Positions 20,092-30,374 of a stretch of 64,000 nucleotides of DNA are shown here, one piece after another (the first letter of the stretch is position 1; the number at the start of each line of letters is the position of its first letter). A model generated the notes under the pieces. The model did not search any database. It was not told the DNA's origin and saw only the letters and a program-made list of their open reading frames with translations. The DNA is from an uncultured Acidobacteriota bacterium (GTDB lineage Bacteria > Acidobacteriota > Vicinamibacteria > Vicinamibacterales > UBA2999). Where the stretch lies: assembly GCA_963723495.1 (NCBI GenBank), contig CAVRQR010000015.1, positions 34,323 through 98,322 on the forward strand, read 5' to 3'. A program made the position numbers and the translations under genes.

Positions 20092-20728
20092 TCACGGCTT
20101 CGGGATTCGGATCGTGCTAATCATGGCGCTGCCACTGGCGACATACAGCAGGGCCATGGGGTGCAGCGTGGCTCCCGCGATTTGGTAGGACCCGAACCAC
20201 AACATACCGTCGATGCGGTCGAGTCGGAAGGCAATCGCAAGCACGCCGACGATCAGGATGGTGGTCGGTATCGGTGTGCCCTCGAAGTATTTCACCTTGC
20301 CGGTCTCGGCATCGGCGAGTTCCGCGGCCGTGGCGTTGAAACGAGCCAGACGGCTCACACCGCATACAACGAAGTACGTCAGGCAGACCATGTCCCAGCC
20401 GCCACGCAGGCCGAGCGTGAAACCGAGCACTGCCGGTGCCACGCCAAACGAGATCACATCGGCCAGCGAGTCGAGGTCTCCGCCGAGGACGGACTGACGG
20501 CCTTTCTGAGTGCGCGCGACGTATCCGTCGAGAACGTCACATACCAGGGCCAGTCGGCAGCAGGAAGAACGCCATCCACAGGTAACGAGCACTTCCAGTG
20601 GCCACGTAATCGAGGCAGAGGAAGATGGCAATGGTGCCGCAACTGGCGTTGCCGATCGTCAGGGCGTCGGCGGCCGTGTACGATCGCAGCATCGAGAGAT
20701 GGCGGCGCGACGTCATGCCGCACAGCAT
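20092..20728 (-). CDS. pssA: CDP-diacylglycerol--serine O-phosphatidyltransferase, one apparent frame break near 20555
   Basis: The CDP-alcohol phosphatidyltransferase motif DVLDGYVARTQKGRQSVLGGDLDSLAD lies in ORF 20092-20631. The N-terminal TM part (ALTIGNASCGTIAIFL) lies in ORF 20537-20728. Confidence 0.8.
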
Positions 20729-20855
20729 AGGCGATCACGATTGGTTCCCGAGACCTGCCTCTACCTTATTTATGGGATCAGTCGGACAACGGGTGGTGAC
20801 GTAAACTGTGGACCACGCCCACGTGCCCAGTCTGAAGACTCTCTGGAGGCCGGGA

Positions 20856-20972
20856 ATGCTGAAACGCGCTGTTCGTTTCCTCGGGATTCTGGCCGCCTCG
20901 ATCGTGATCGCGACGATGGTGATCGTGCTCGTGGAGATGGCCGGCCTGAGCGTGGTGGCGACCGCGGAATAG
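20856..20972 (+). CDS. 38-aa hydrophobic micro-protein upstream of the MBL hydrolase
   Basis: Not in the ORF track because it is under 60 aa. GGAGG lies 7 nt before the ATG. The product MLKRAVRFLGILAASIVIATMVIVLVEMAGLSVVATAE has one clear TM helix. Confidence 0.35.
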   Translation: MLKRAVRFLGILAASIVIATMVIVLVEMAGLSVVATAE

Positions 20973-20989
20973 TCGGAGACGGAGGAACG

Positions 20990-22060
20990 ATGAAGCGATT
21001 GGTACCGGTGTGTGTCATTCTCGTGTTGTCGCTCGCAGCGTTCGTGCTGCGGCCGCCGTCGACGCATACCGTCGTCGCGCAATCGCGACAGCCTGCCGGC
21101 ACGACTCATACGGGCAAGGCGTTCCGGTTCAACAAGGTGAAAGAAGGCATCTACCACGCAGTAGGCACCGGCGCGCTTGCCGTGGTCGGGAACTCGGCTT
21201 TCATCGTGAACGACAACGACGTCATCGTGGTGGACGATCACGTCTCGCCGGCTGCGGCATGGGTGCTGCTCGAGGAGATCAAGGAGGTCACCAACAAGCC
21301 GGTGACCACGGTGATCAACACGCACTTCCATTTCGATCACGCGCACGGCAACCAGATCTTCGAGCCGAGCGTGCAGATCATCGGCCACGAGTTCACACGC
21401 CGTATGCTGCTGGGTAACCCGACGGGGATGCCGCTCTATCAAGGCTACATCTCGGCGATGCCCGGGCAAATCGACACGCTGAAAAAACGCATCGCGTCGG
21501 AAGCAGACGCCGCGGCGAAGGCCAAGCTCGAGACGCAGCTGCAGGTGCTCGAGAACAATTTCGCGTCACAGAAGGAGCTCAGGCCGACGCCGCCCAATGT
21601 GACGTTGTCGACCGAGATGACGCTCCATCGCGGCGCGCGCGAGATTCAGATTCGGTATCTCGGCCGGGGCCACACGGCTGGCGACGTTGTCGTCTTCCTG
21701 CCGAATGAGAGGGTCGTGATTACTGGCGACTTCCTCACCTCGGGGCTTTCGAACATGAGCGATTCGTTCCCGGAGGAGTGGGTCGCTTCGCTGGACGCGC
21801 TGAAGAAGCTCGATTTCGATACCGTGCTGCCCGGTCACGGCGACGCGTTTACGGACAAAGCGAAGATCGACTACTTCCAGGACTATCTGCGCGACGTCTG
21901 GACTGAGGTCAGCCGCTTGAAGCAACAGGGAGTGTCGGCGGAGGAAGCGGCGAAGCGCGCCGACCTGACAAAACACAAGGGGCGCCTGCCCATTCAGGGT
22001 CCTGGTGTACCGGCGCTCGCTGCGACGCGAATCTACGAGCTGCTCGATCAGCGACGCTGA
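20990..22060 (+). CDS. secreted MBL-fold metallo-hydrolase
   Basis: Internal Met of ORF 20510-22060, after GGAGACGGAGG. Signal peptide MKRLVPVCVILVLSLAAFVL. Metal site NTHFHFDHAHGN, with a later GHTAGD. Confidence 0.85.
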   Translation: MKRLVPVCVILVLSLAAFVLRPPSTHTVVAQSRQPAGTTHTGKAFRFNKVKEGIYHAVGTGALAVVGNSAFIVNDNDVIVVDDHVSPAAAWVLLEEIKEVTNKPVTTVINTHFHFDHAHGNQIFEPSVQIIGHEFTRRMLLGNPTGMPLYQGYISAMPGQIDTLKKRIASEADAAAKAKLETQLQVLENNFASQKELRPTPPNVTLSTEMTLHRGAREIQIRYLGRGHTAGDVVVFLPNERVVITGDFLTSGLSNMSDSFPEEWVASLDALKKLDFDTVLPGHGDAFTDKAKIDYFQDYLRDVWTEVSRLKQQGVSAEEAAKRADLTKHKGRLPIQGPGVPALAATRIYELLDQRR

Positions 22061-22085
22061 GCGCGGTCGTTCCGCTGACGCCGAC

Positions 22086-22764
22086 TCAGGGCAACCCGCC
22101 GGCCAGATCTCTCCCGCAGCCGCGCAACGTCCGGCTACCGATCGTGATCGTCACGCTGCGGGGGAATGCTTCACCGCTCATCGCATCGGTGCAGGGAGCG
22201 TCTTCGATCGCGATCAGCGCGTGCCCGGACTCGACGGTCACGCTCATAGAAGGTGACCTTGCCCTTGTGCGTCGACTTGGGCACGGGGGTGACGAACTCG
22301 TGCTCGGCGTAGTCGTACACGAGGCGGATCTGCTTCTCTTTGTCGATTTCGAGGAACCAGCCGGGCTCCTGGCCGACGGCACGAAAATCGATTCCGCGAT
22401 CGGCCGCGTCCTGCCACGGCTCGCGCCGTTCCCGGCACGTCTGCTTGCGACCGTCCATCTCGAAGGTGGCCTCACGTCCCTTGTTCCAGAACGTGACCGG
22501 CCCATTGCTGTAGCGCGCGCCGGAGGCGGACACGACGTGCGGCAACGTCAGCGAGCGCTCGGGCAGCTCGATCACGACGCGGTCATCGTGAAACGTCGCC
22601 GTCAACGCAAGCGTGTCGCAGTCGAATCGAGTCGCAATCGGATGCTTCTCTGGCGCCGCCTCTTTGACCGTGGGTGCCTCGGCAGACGGTGGCGTGGATT
22701 GACACGCCGCCAACAGCATCGCGGTCAACGCGACACAACCAGTGTTGTAGCAACGACCTGACAT
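22086..22764 (-). CDS. lipoprotein with MliC-like N-domain and COG3650-like C-domain, one frame break near 22255
   Basis: Lipobox LLAAC. RFDCD...VSASGARYSNGPVTFWNKGREATFEMDG is MliC-like. The pattern EPGWFLEIDKEKQIRLVYDY ... APCTDAMSGEAFPRSVTITIGSRTLRGCG is split between ORFs 22171-22764 and 22086-22505. Confidence 0.55.
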
Positions 22765-22797
22765 ACCTTGGGACCTGACACGTTTGTTACCCTTCGA

Positions 22798-24395
22798 TCA
22801 GTTCCTGCACTCGAAGCTGTCGGCCTTCTCCGGATCTCCCTGCCCTTTGTAATGCGGATACTGGGGATACGAGCAGAGCGGCCGGCTACGTCCTGGGAAT
22901 GCGCGACCCGTTGCCGTGGCTGATGGTGGGTTGCCCTTCTCCACCCAGTTCACGAGCGGCGTCAGAAGATCCATGCTGTCGAGTGCGGCCTCGCCCCCGC
23001 CGCAATGACCCATTCCGGGCGACAGATACAGACGGCTCCACGCGTTGACGGCAGACGGACCACCGTTCGCCTTCGTCATCCGCTCGTAGTAGTCGATCGT
23101 GTCGAGTGCGGAGAACCATGGGTCGCTGACACCGTGAAAGAACATGATCTTCCCGCCGTGATTCGAGAAGGTGTTGAGATTCGTCCACCGCGACGTGGCG
23201 GTCAACGCTTCCTCCGGGTCAGCCGCGGCCGCCGCCGCCTTCGCATCGACGTCCATGGCTGGTCGCCGTGAACGGTGGTCCGACGGGATTCAATCCGCCC
23301 TGTAACAGACCGGGAATTCCCTGCGTTGCCGCGATTCCAGTGTCGTAAAGGAACCCGGGATAAACCTGGCGTCCCTTGGAATCCCTGGGGCCCGCAAATG
23401 CCTTATCGAGTGCAGCGGCTTGCTCCGCCGACGAGGCAGCCCTCGGTCTTTCCTCCCTTGCACACCAGCGTCTTTGGATCGAAGCGGCACGCGCTCGTGT
23501 TGAAGACCATGCCGTCTTTGAGGCCATCACCCGCATCACACGCATTCAAAAACCCGTCGATGACGGTTTTCTTATCGCTGTCCGAGAGGGCCTGTCGCGT
23601 CATCGGCTGACCCTTCTCGTTCTTCGGCGCGACTTGATTGAGCATCGTGGCGACCCACTCGTCACCGATGCCGGAGAAATTCGTACGCATCGCTGGCGCG
23701 CCGGCGATGATGCCGTCGAAGTACGTGGGATGGCGCTGCGCCATCAGCATCGCCTCGCGGCCACCCGTCGAACATCCCGCGAAGTACGAACGGTCGGGCG
23801 CTTTACCGTAGTGCTGGGCAATGATCTGCTTGGCAAGGACCGCCACGCGACCCACGGCCTGATACGCGAAATCCAGTGCTGCTTGTTGCTCGGCCATGAA
23901 ACTGGAGTCGAACCCCTGTCCGGTGTGACCCGTATCGGTCGAGACAACAGCGAATCCACGAGTAAGGCCTGGCACACCACCGCTCGCGACCAGGCCGAGC
24001 GGAGGTTGAACGCTTCCGTTCAAGCCGCCGCCACCCTGGAACAGAAAACGTCCATTCCAGTCTCCAGGCAGCGCAAGCGCGAACCCGATTCCGTAGGGTT
24101 TGCCGTCCGCGCCGGTGCGGCGATCGAGCACGCCATCGAGGCGACAGAATGCGGGCAGCTTGATTGGTTCGGCAGGCGCGCCCGGGCCGCCTCGCGGCGG
24201 CGTCGACCCCGCCGCAAACCACTCCGCCTTCGTGATGGAGAGATTGAGTCCTGGAATCTGCAATGACGTCAGCGCCGAGCAGGCTGCCGCATCTCGCGTC
24301 GTCTGTGCGGACGATGGGAGGACGGCGAAGGCCAGACAGCACATCGAGGTCAGCAGTGTCGGTCGACGGACGACGATCATCAGAACATCTCCCAC
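22798..24395 (-). pseudogene. tannase/feruloyl-esterase family alpha/beta hydrolase, two frame breaks
   Basis: YFAGCSTGGREAMLMAQRHPTYFDGIIAGAPAMRT lies in ORF 23403-24395. The middle part lies in ORF 23219-23545. The C-terminus FFHGVSDPWFSA...GMGHCGGG...LCSYPQYPHYKG lies in ORF 22798-23256. Confidence 0.8.
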
Positions 24396-24502
24396 GCGAG
24401 CAAATCAGTTCGCCCTGCTGGGCGTGATTCTAGTCCGGGACGACCGGCGTCAACTATTTCGTGCCCGTGCAAGAATTCCCGCATAACTCGCCGGCGCGAC
24501 GG

Positions 24503-26656
24503 TCAGAAGAACACTCTGATCCCGCCGTTGACGACGCGACCTTCGAGCGGCGCCCATGCGTCAACCGTCCATCGGCCATCGGGATGCCGCTCTGGTCGCA
24601 CGAGCGGGTCGTAACGCGTCTGACGTACATCGCCCAGATTCTCGGAGTTGACGAAGAGGCGAAATCGCTCGAACCGCTTCTCGACCAGGGCGCCCACGAT
24701 GAACTGTCCGACGCCGCTCGTGCGATAGGGGTTGTCATCGAGTTCCTGCCGCCCGACGTAATACAGCTCGATTCCCGCGCGGCCCCAATCCTCCGATTCG
24801 AACATGAGATCGGTCGCCGCGTAGTGGCGCGGTGTCAACGGCACCTCGCGCCGCAGCCCGGACTCCACGTCCAGTTCGCGGGACCGGACAAACGCGTAGG
24901 TCGCAATCGCGAGAAACGGTCCGGACCGGTAACGGCCGAGGAGCTCACTTCCCCATGTCGTCGTCCGCCCGCTCGCATTGACGAGCATGAACTGACCGTT
25001 CGTCTGCATGTCGTTCTCGGATTCACCAACGAGCTGGACGGGATTCCGCACATCGGAAGCAAACACTGTTGCCGTCAGCTCGAGCCCGCCGGCGCGTCGC
25101 GTCACGTCGAGTGAGCCTCCCCATGCGCGCTCGGCCACGAGGCCCTCGAGCGGCGCGATGCGTGACAGGCCAGTCTCGTCGGTGTCCTCGATGAACGGCG
25201 TTGGCGCGAACGCTCCGCCGCCAGCCGAAACCCGGACCGTCCATTCAGGGTCGGGTCGCCAGAGCAGCGATCCCCGCGGCGACGCCAGCGTGCCGTACTC
25301 ATCGTGAAAGTCGAGGCGGCCGCTGAGCGAGACGCGCACGGATCCGAAGCCGAACTCGTCCTGCGCGAACAGAGCCGGCGCGTTGAACGAATAATCGAAG
25401 GCTGGAAGATCAACGGCGTCGTATCCGTCGTGCTGATACGCGGCCCCGGCGACCCACGTGTGACGCGTCGAGGCGCCCTGCAACGAGATCTCCCCGAAGC
25501 CGGTCGATCGCGTACTTCGCTCCCGCACATCGCCGAAGGTGCGGTCTTGTGAATCCCGCCCGTACGATCCACGCACGGACAAGAGATGCGTCGACGGCAG
25601 GACGCGGCTCACGATGCCACCGACGTCCCCACGCGATGTGCCGAGGGATTCCGCGAAGGGATTGCCGTCCGGGGCGACGTACCCGTCGAGCGTGCCACCC
25701 CGCCGGTCCTCGAAGATGACACCGCCGGTCATCATCGCCGTCGTATCGCTGGCGTTGGAATAGAACAGACGCGGTCGCACCATTCCCCGCTCGTAGCCGG
25801 TCACGTCGGTCCACCCGTCATCGTCCAGATCGCCGCGGTGTTGATAGTGGAACCCGCTGAGCAGGGTCCAGCTCCATCGGCTGATCGTCGTGTCGGCGAG
25901 CCAGAACGTGAAGTCGCTGCCGCCGAGCGATGTCTGATTGAACAGCACTTCCCTTCCCGGTTCCGTCGGCCGGCGCGACACCAGGTTGATGACACCGCCC
26001 AGTGCTGAAGACCCGTACAGCGCCGATGCCGCGCCTTTGATGATCTCGACCTGTCCGAGATCCAGTGGAGGCACCTGCAACAAGCTGAAAGAGCCGCCCT
26101 GCCCACCGTAGAGTGGCAGGCCGTCGGCAAGCATTTGGCTATAGCGGCCGCGCAACCCTTGAATGCGAACGTTGGCCGCACCAAGCGACGGCGCCGTCGG
26201 CTGGACGCGCAGGCCGGTCGTCTCGCCGATGAGCATCGCGACACTGCCGGGCGTCATGAGCGCTTTCTCTTCGATCTCCTCGCGATCGATGATCTCGACC
26301 CGCAGCGGCTGATCCTGAATGCGAGTCGGCGAACGAGCCGCGTTCACGACGACTTCCTCCTCGAACTCGGGCAACGGCTCGAGGGCGATCTCGATCGGTC
26401 CGCTCGCAGGTCGTGTCGCCACGTGCACCGTGGTTGGAAGGAAACCTTCGGCGTCGACGGTGACGTCTCCTGGTACCTCGGGCACCGACAGTGTGACCAG
26501 ACCGCGGCCATTCGTTTGGCCTGTTTGCCCACCTATGCTGACGCGGGCACCTGCTAGCGGACGTCCCTCGGTCGTGACGCGAACGGTTACCGTCTGCGGC
26601 TCAGCGATCTGCGGCAACAAAGAGAGCGCCAGGAGCAGTGCAATTGGCGACAGCAT
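24503..26656 (-). CDS. TonB-dependent receptor with N-terminal CarboxypepD_reg domain
   Basis: Start taken at MLSPIALLLALSLLPQIA. The plug is IQGLRGRYSQMLADGLPLYG...VEIIKGAASALYGSSALGGVINLV. There is a long beta-barrel and a terminal aromatic (RVFF). Confidence 0.85.
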   Translation of the reverse strand: MLSPIALLLALSLLPQIAEPQTVTVRVTTEGRPLAGARVSIGGQTGQTNGRGLVTLSVPEVPGDVTVDAEGFLPTTVHVATRPASGPIEIALEPLPEFEEEVVVNAARSPTRIQDQPLRVEIIDREEIEEKALMTPGSVAMLIGETTGLRVQPTAPSLGAANVRIQGLRGRYSQMLADGLPLYGGQGGSFSLLQVPPLDLGQVEIIKGAASALYGSSALGGVINLVSRRPTEPGREVLFNQTSLGGSDFTFWLADTTISRWSWTLLSGFHYQHRGDLDDDGWTDVTGYERGMVRPRLFYSNASDTTAMMTGGVIFEDRRGGTLDGYVAPDGNPFAESLGTSRGDVGGIVSRVLPSTHLLSVRGSYGRDSQDRTFGDVRERSTRSTGFGEISLQGASTRHTWVAGAAYQHDGYDAVDLPAFDYSFNAPALFAQDEFGFGSVRVSLSGRLDFHDEYGTLASPRGSLLWRPDPEWTVRVSAGGGAFAPTPFIEDTDETGLSRIAPLEGLVAERAWGGSLDVTRRAGGLELTATVFASDVRNPVQLVGESENDMQTNGQFMLVNASGRTTTWGSELLGRYRSGPFLAIATYAFVRSRELDVESGLRREVPLTPRHYAATDLMFESEDWGRAGIELYYVGRQELDDNPYRTSGVGQFIVGALVEKRFERFRLFVNSENLGDVRQTRYDPLVRPERHPDGRWTVDAWAPLEGRVVNGGIRVFF

Positions 26657-26667
26657 GTGGAGCGGAA

Positions 26668-27219
26668 CTACGACTCGACGTCCCAGGGCAGCGTCGGGTG
26701 CAGGTCGCGGGCGCCCTCGATCTCGAGCAGGCGCCGCTTCGTGGACGTGCCGCCCGGCGCGGAGAAACCGCCTAACCTTCCCTGCGCGGCGAGCACGCGA
26801 TGACATGGAACGATGATTGGAATGGGATTCCGTCCGAGCGCCTGGCCGACTGCGCGCGAGAGCGCGGCGTCGCCCAGACGATTGGCGATATCGCCGTAAG
26901 TCACGGTATCGCCTGGTGAAATCGCACGAGCCTCGTCATAGACGCGCCGATCGAATTCGGGGATCTCTGTCATGTCGAGAACGACGGCGGAAAAGTCGCG
27001 CTTCTCTCCGGCCAGCAGGCGTTGGATGTCGGCGATGGCGTCTCGCACATCGGACGGCGCGGCACCTTCCTTCAGGCCGGGATGCCGCCGCTGCATGCGC
27101 GCGCGCAGGGAGCCATCGTCACGCTCTGGAAGCGCCAGGCCGATGATTCCCTCACTGCTCCACGCGATCGCGCAGCGTCCGATAGCTGTCTCAAATACCT
27201 CGAACCCGGAGGACGTCAT
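26668..27219 (-). CDS. ogt: methylated-DNA--protein-cysteine methyltransferase
   Basis: Active site IIVPCHRVL and the C-terminal KRRLLEIEG. Confidence 0.85.
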   Translation of the reverse strand: MTSSGFEVFETAIGRCAIAWSSEGIIGLALPERDDGSLRARMQRRHPGLKEGAAPSDVRDAIADIQRLLAGEKRDFSAVVLDMTEIPEFDRRVYDEARAISPGDTVTYGDIANRLGDAALSRAVGQALGRNPIPIIVPCHRVLAAQGRLGGFSAPGGTSTKRRLLEIEGARDLHPTLPWDVES

Positions 27220-28295
27220 GACTCGTCGGATCGGGCAGGTGTCTCGCCGGGTGCCAGCACGACCGCTCGTTGCTCCCTGGCAAACATGTCCCAGACCGAG
27301 AGAAAGAGAGCGGCCAGCACTGGGCCAGCGACGAAGCCCGCGACACCGAGGACTGAAAGGCCACCGAGTGTCGACAGCAGGACGATGTAGTCAGGCATCC
27401 TCGCCTCTCGACCGACCACGAGCGGCCGGATGATGTTGTCGGCCATCCCCACGACCACGACACCACCGACGAGCAGGATGATGCCCTTGGTCACGGCCCC
27501 CGTGGCCATCAGATAGATCGCCGCAGGCGCCCACACGATCGCAGGCCCGGCCAGCGGCAACATCGACAGCATCGTCATGATGACGCCCCAGAACACCGGG
27601 GCGCGAAGACCGAGGATGGCGAACAGGAGGCCTCCGAGCGCTCCCTGGACCAGACCGACCAGGAGCGTCCCTTTGAGCGTGGCGCGAGTGACGCTGGCAA
27701 ATCGGTTGAAGAGCGTTCGTTGACGCTGATCGCCCATCGGAATGGCGTCGCCGAGCACTGACAACAGGTAATCGCCATCGCGAAGGAAGAAAAACAGCAG
27801 ATACAGCATGAGAGCTGCTTTGGCGACCACTGTCAGGAGGTTCTGCCCCACCACGACGGCTTGCGTGGCGATCAGCTTCGCCGCCGCTCCCGCGACCTCA
27901 TAGATTCGTTGCTCGATGAGGCCGGGGTCGATCCCGATGCGACCCGTCACATCGCGCAGAATCGGGTCGATGCGGGTCAGAATCGCCTCGAAGTTCACTT
28001 CACCCCTCTGGATGCGATCGTACAGGCCGAGCGCTTCCTGTGAGACGGCAATGCCGATGAGCAACAGCGGGACGAACACGACGACGAGGATGAGGATCGT
28101 CCCTGCCAGCGCCGCCTGAGTCTTGTGTCCCCGGAACACGCTCTCGAGCTGCCGCTGCAGCGGGTTGAAGATGACCGCGAGCACCGCCGCCCAGAACACG
28201 GGTTGAATGAAGTCGAGCGTCAGCCACAGGAACGCGACAGTGACCGCGCCCAGCAGAATGAGGAACCAGACCTGTTGGACGCGCCGGTACTCCAT
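27216..28295 (-). CDS. AI-2E family transporter (PerM/YhhT-like permease)
   Basis: A 359-aa polytopic protein with family-typical layout and motifs. It overlaps ogt by 4 nt. Confidence 0.75.
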   Translation of the reverse strand: MEYRRVQQVWFLILLGAVTVAFLWLTLDFIQPVFWAAVLAVIFNPLQRQLESVFRGHKTQAALAGTILILVVVFVPLLLIGIAVSQEALGLYDRIQRGEVNFEAILTRIDPILRDVTGRIGIDPGLIEQRIYEVAGAAAKLIATQAVVVGQNLLTVVAKAALMLYLLFFFLRDGDYLLSVLGDAIPMGDQRQRTLFNRFASVTRATLKGTLLVGLVQGALGGLLFAILGLRAPVFWGVIMTMLSMLPLAGPAIVWAPAAIYLMATGAVTKGIILLVGGVVVVGMADNIIRPLVVGREARMPDYIVLLSTLGGLSVLGVAGFVAGPVLAALFLSVWDMFAREQRAVVLAPGETPARSDES

Positions 28296-28319
28296 TCGTG
28301 ACCTGCAAGGATACCGTTG

Positions 28320-28833
28320 CTACGTGTAGTACTGCTTGTACATTCCTCGCCTGAACAGCCAGCCGCCGAGCGGCCCCAGCCACTGCAGGACGAAATACAT
28401 GTGGCCAAGGTCCATCAATTCGATCAGGTTGCCGTCGAGGTCCTTCGCAAAGAAGAACGAGTGGCCGCGCGGCGATCGCTCTGGACGGCTGATGCAGACG
28501 ACTCCCTTGCTCGTCAGGTAATCGTGCCAGCGATTGAGGTTCCGGACGTTGAACGAGATGTGCGTAAGACCGACCTGGTTCCACGGCACAGCCGCCGGCG
28601 GCCTGTCGGGCTTGAACTCGAAGATCTCGAGCACCGCCTCCACCGGGCACGCGGATCCAGCCGATCTTGCACCTCGGCGCATCGCCTTCAACGCCGAAGA
28701 AGGTGCGTACGCGCTCGGGTGGCGTGTCAGCGACACCGACGAGTGGACATCCGAAGACGTCCCAGTAGAACCGGACCGCCTTGTTGAAGTCCGACACGGT
28801 GATGCCAACGTGGCTGAAGGATCTGGCTCTCAT
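28320..28833 (-). CDS. VOC/glyoxalase-family protein, one frame break near 28640
   Basis: The N-terminus MRARSFSHVGITVSDFNKAVRFYWDVFGCPLVG is read in the frame of ORF 28000-29283. The remainder, LEIFEFKP...GLTHISFNV...HSFFFAKDLDGNLIELM, lies in ORF 28320-28808. Confidence 0.7.
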
Positions 28834-28835
28834 GC

Positions 28836-30359
28836 TTAGCCGCTTGCCATGATGTGGTCGGCCACCCGCAGCGCCTGCGCGGCAATCGTCAGGCCGGGAT
28901 TGACCGCCGCGGACGAGGGAAAGAACGACGCGTCGACGACAAACAGATTCACCACATCGTGCGCGCGGCAGTACGGGTCGAGCACAGAGGTCGCTGGATC
29001 GGTGCCGAAGCACAGAGTGCCGCATTGGTGCGTCGTGTTGCTGGTGCCGAGCGAATGCGTGACCGGAAAACGCAGCCCCATGCGGGCGAGGATCCGCTTC
29101 AACTCGGCCACGAGCTGGCGATGTGCCTGGACGTTGGTCTGGCGATAGCGCAGGACGATGCGCCCTGAGGGGTCGAGCGTGACGCAATTGTCGTCGCGCG
29201 GGAGATCCTCCGACATCGCCAGCCAGTCGTAACCGCGATCGACCCACCAGTTGTAAATCGGAAGCGGTATCCAGCGTCCCCACCAGGGCGCATGAAGCTT
29301 GGCCATCAAGCCATGCGTACGCCCCTGTGCCTGGATCTGCCCCAGCGGAAAACCGCCGTTGGGGCCACTCAGGTAGTAGTCATTGATGGCAATCGTCTTC
29401 GAGAACGTCGTGTCGTTCCGTTGGCCCAGATCCACGGCCTCGATCATCGTCGCCAGGTGGGCCATGTACCGTTTGCCCACCAGGCCTGATGAATTCGCCA
29501 GGCCCCTGGGGTGGGCATTCGTGGCTGAACGCAACAACAGCGCCGCAGAGTTCACGGCCCCGCATGAGGCGATCACCACCGCCGCATCCACGCGAATGAT
29601 TTCACCCTGTCGCTCGATCTCAACCGCCTCGACCTTCTTGCCGGAGGGATCGGTGAGCAGTCTTCTGGCGAACGCGTTGGTCCACAGCGTGACGTTGGGC
29701 TGCCCAACCGCGGCGCGCACGCACAGCACGTCCGCGTCGCTCTTCGCTTGCACACGACACGGAAACGAATTGCAGGTGTTGCAGAGCACGCATCCGCCCT
29801 CTTCGCCGGGCTTGATGAGGCCGAGTGGAAGCGGTGAGGGGTGAAGGCCCTGCGCGCGCAGCCGCTGGACGATCTCTTTCATTGCCCGCGCGTGCGGAAT
29901 CGGATCGTAAGGATAGGGTGACTGACGCGGCGGCTCGGTCGGATCGAACCCGTCGTGTCCGTGCACGTGATAGAGGCGCTCGGCGCGTTCGTAGTAGGGC
30001 TCGAGCGTTTCGTAGTCGATCGGCCACGCAGGCGACGTGCCGTCCACGTGTTCGATGACCTCGAAATCCTCGCGCCGCAGCCTGTAGAGCACACTTCCCC
30101 AGAATTTCGTGTTCCCACCCACGCAATAGTGCGTGTACGGAATGAACTGTCCACCTCTGGCGTCCACCCACTGCTCGGTCGCCCGGTACCGAAGATCTCT
30201 CCAGACCGCAATCGGACTCCAGTTCTCCTCCTCCTGGGGAACGAACGCACCGCGCTCGACGAGCAGCATACGGGCGCCGCTGGGCGCGAGCGCCTGCGCA
30301 ACGGTGCCGCCACCGGCGCCGGTGCCGATGACGACGATGTCGTAGAACAGTTTCTGCAT
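28836..30359 (-). CDS. GMC-family FAD-dependent oxidoreductase
   Basis: N-terminal YDIVVIGTGAGGGTVAQAL...LLVERG, a 507-aa length, and the C-terminal GMC pattern (HQCGTLCFG, NLFVVDASFFPSS). Confidence 0.85.
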   Translation of the reverse strand: MQKLFYDIVVIGTGAGGGTVAQALAPSGARMLLVERGAFVPQEEENWSPIAVWRDLRYRATEQWVDARGGQFIPYTHYCVGGNTKFWGSVLYRLRREDFEVIEHVDGTSPAWPIDYETLEPYYERAERLYHVHGHDGFDPTEPPRQSPYPYDPIPHARAMKEIVQRLRAQGLHPSPLPLGLIKPGEEGGCVLCNTCNSFPCRVQAKSDADVLCVRAAVGQPNVTLWTNAFARRLLTDPSGKKVEAVEIERQGEIIRVDAAVVIASCGAVNSAALLLRSATNAHPRGLANSSGLVGKRYMAHLATMIEAVDLGQRNDTTFSKTIAINDYYLSGPNGGFPLGQIQAQGRTHGLMAKLHAPWWGRWIPLPIYNWWVDRGYDWLAMSEDLPRDDNCVTLDPSGRIVLRYRQTNVQAHRQLVAELKRILARMGLRFPVTHSLGTSNTTHQCGTLCFGTDPATSVLDPYCRAHDVVNLFVVDASFFPSSAAVNPGLTIAAQALRVADHIMASG

Positions 30360-30374
30360 TGAAACGTGGGTCGC

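Noticed and set aside
26657-26806. N-terminal extensions of several called ORFs. Examples are the TonB receptor to 26806, coxE to 48020, coxD to 48910, mgtE to 35258, Gfo to 31496, M23 to 53142 and the MBL hydrolase from 20510.
   Set aside because: The extensions overlap neighbouring genes and are Arg-rich. They precede an internal start that gives a proper signal peptide or a family-typical N-terminus.
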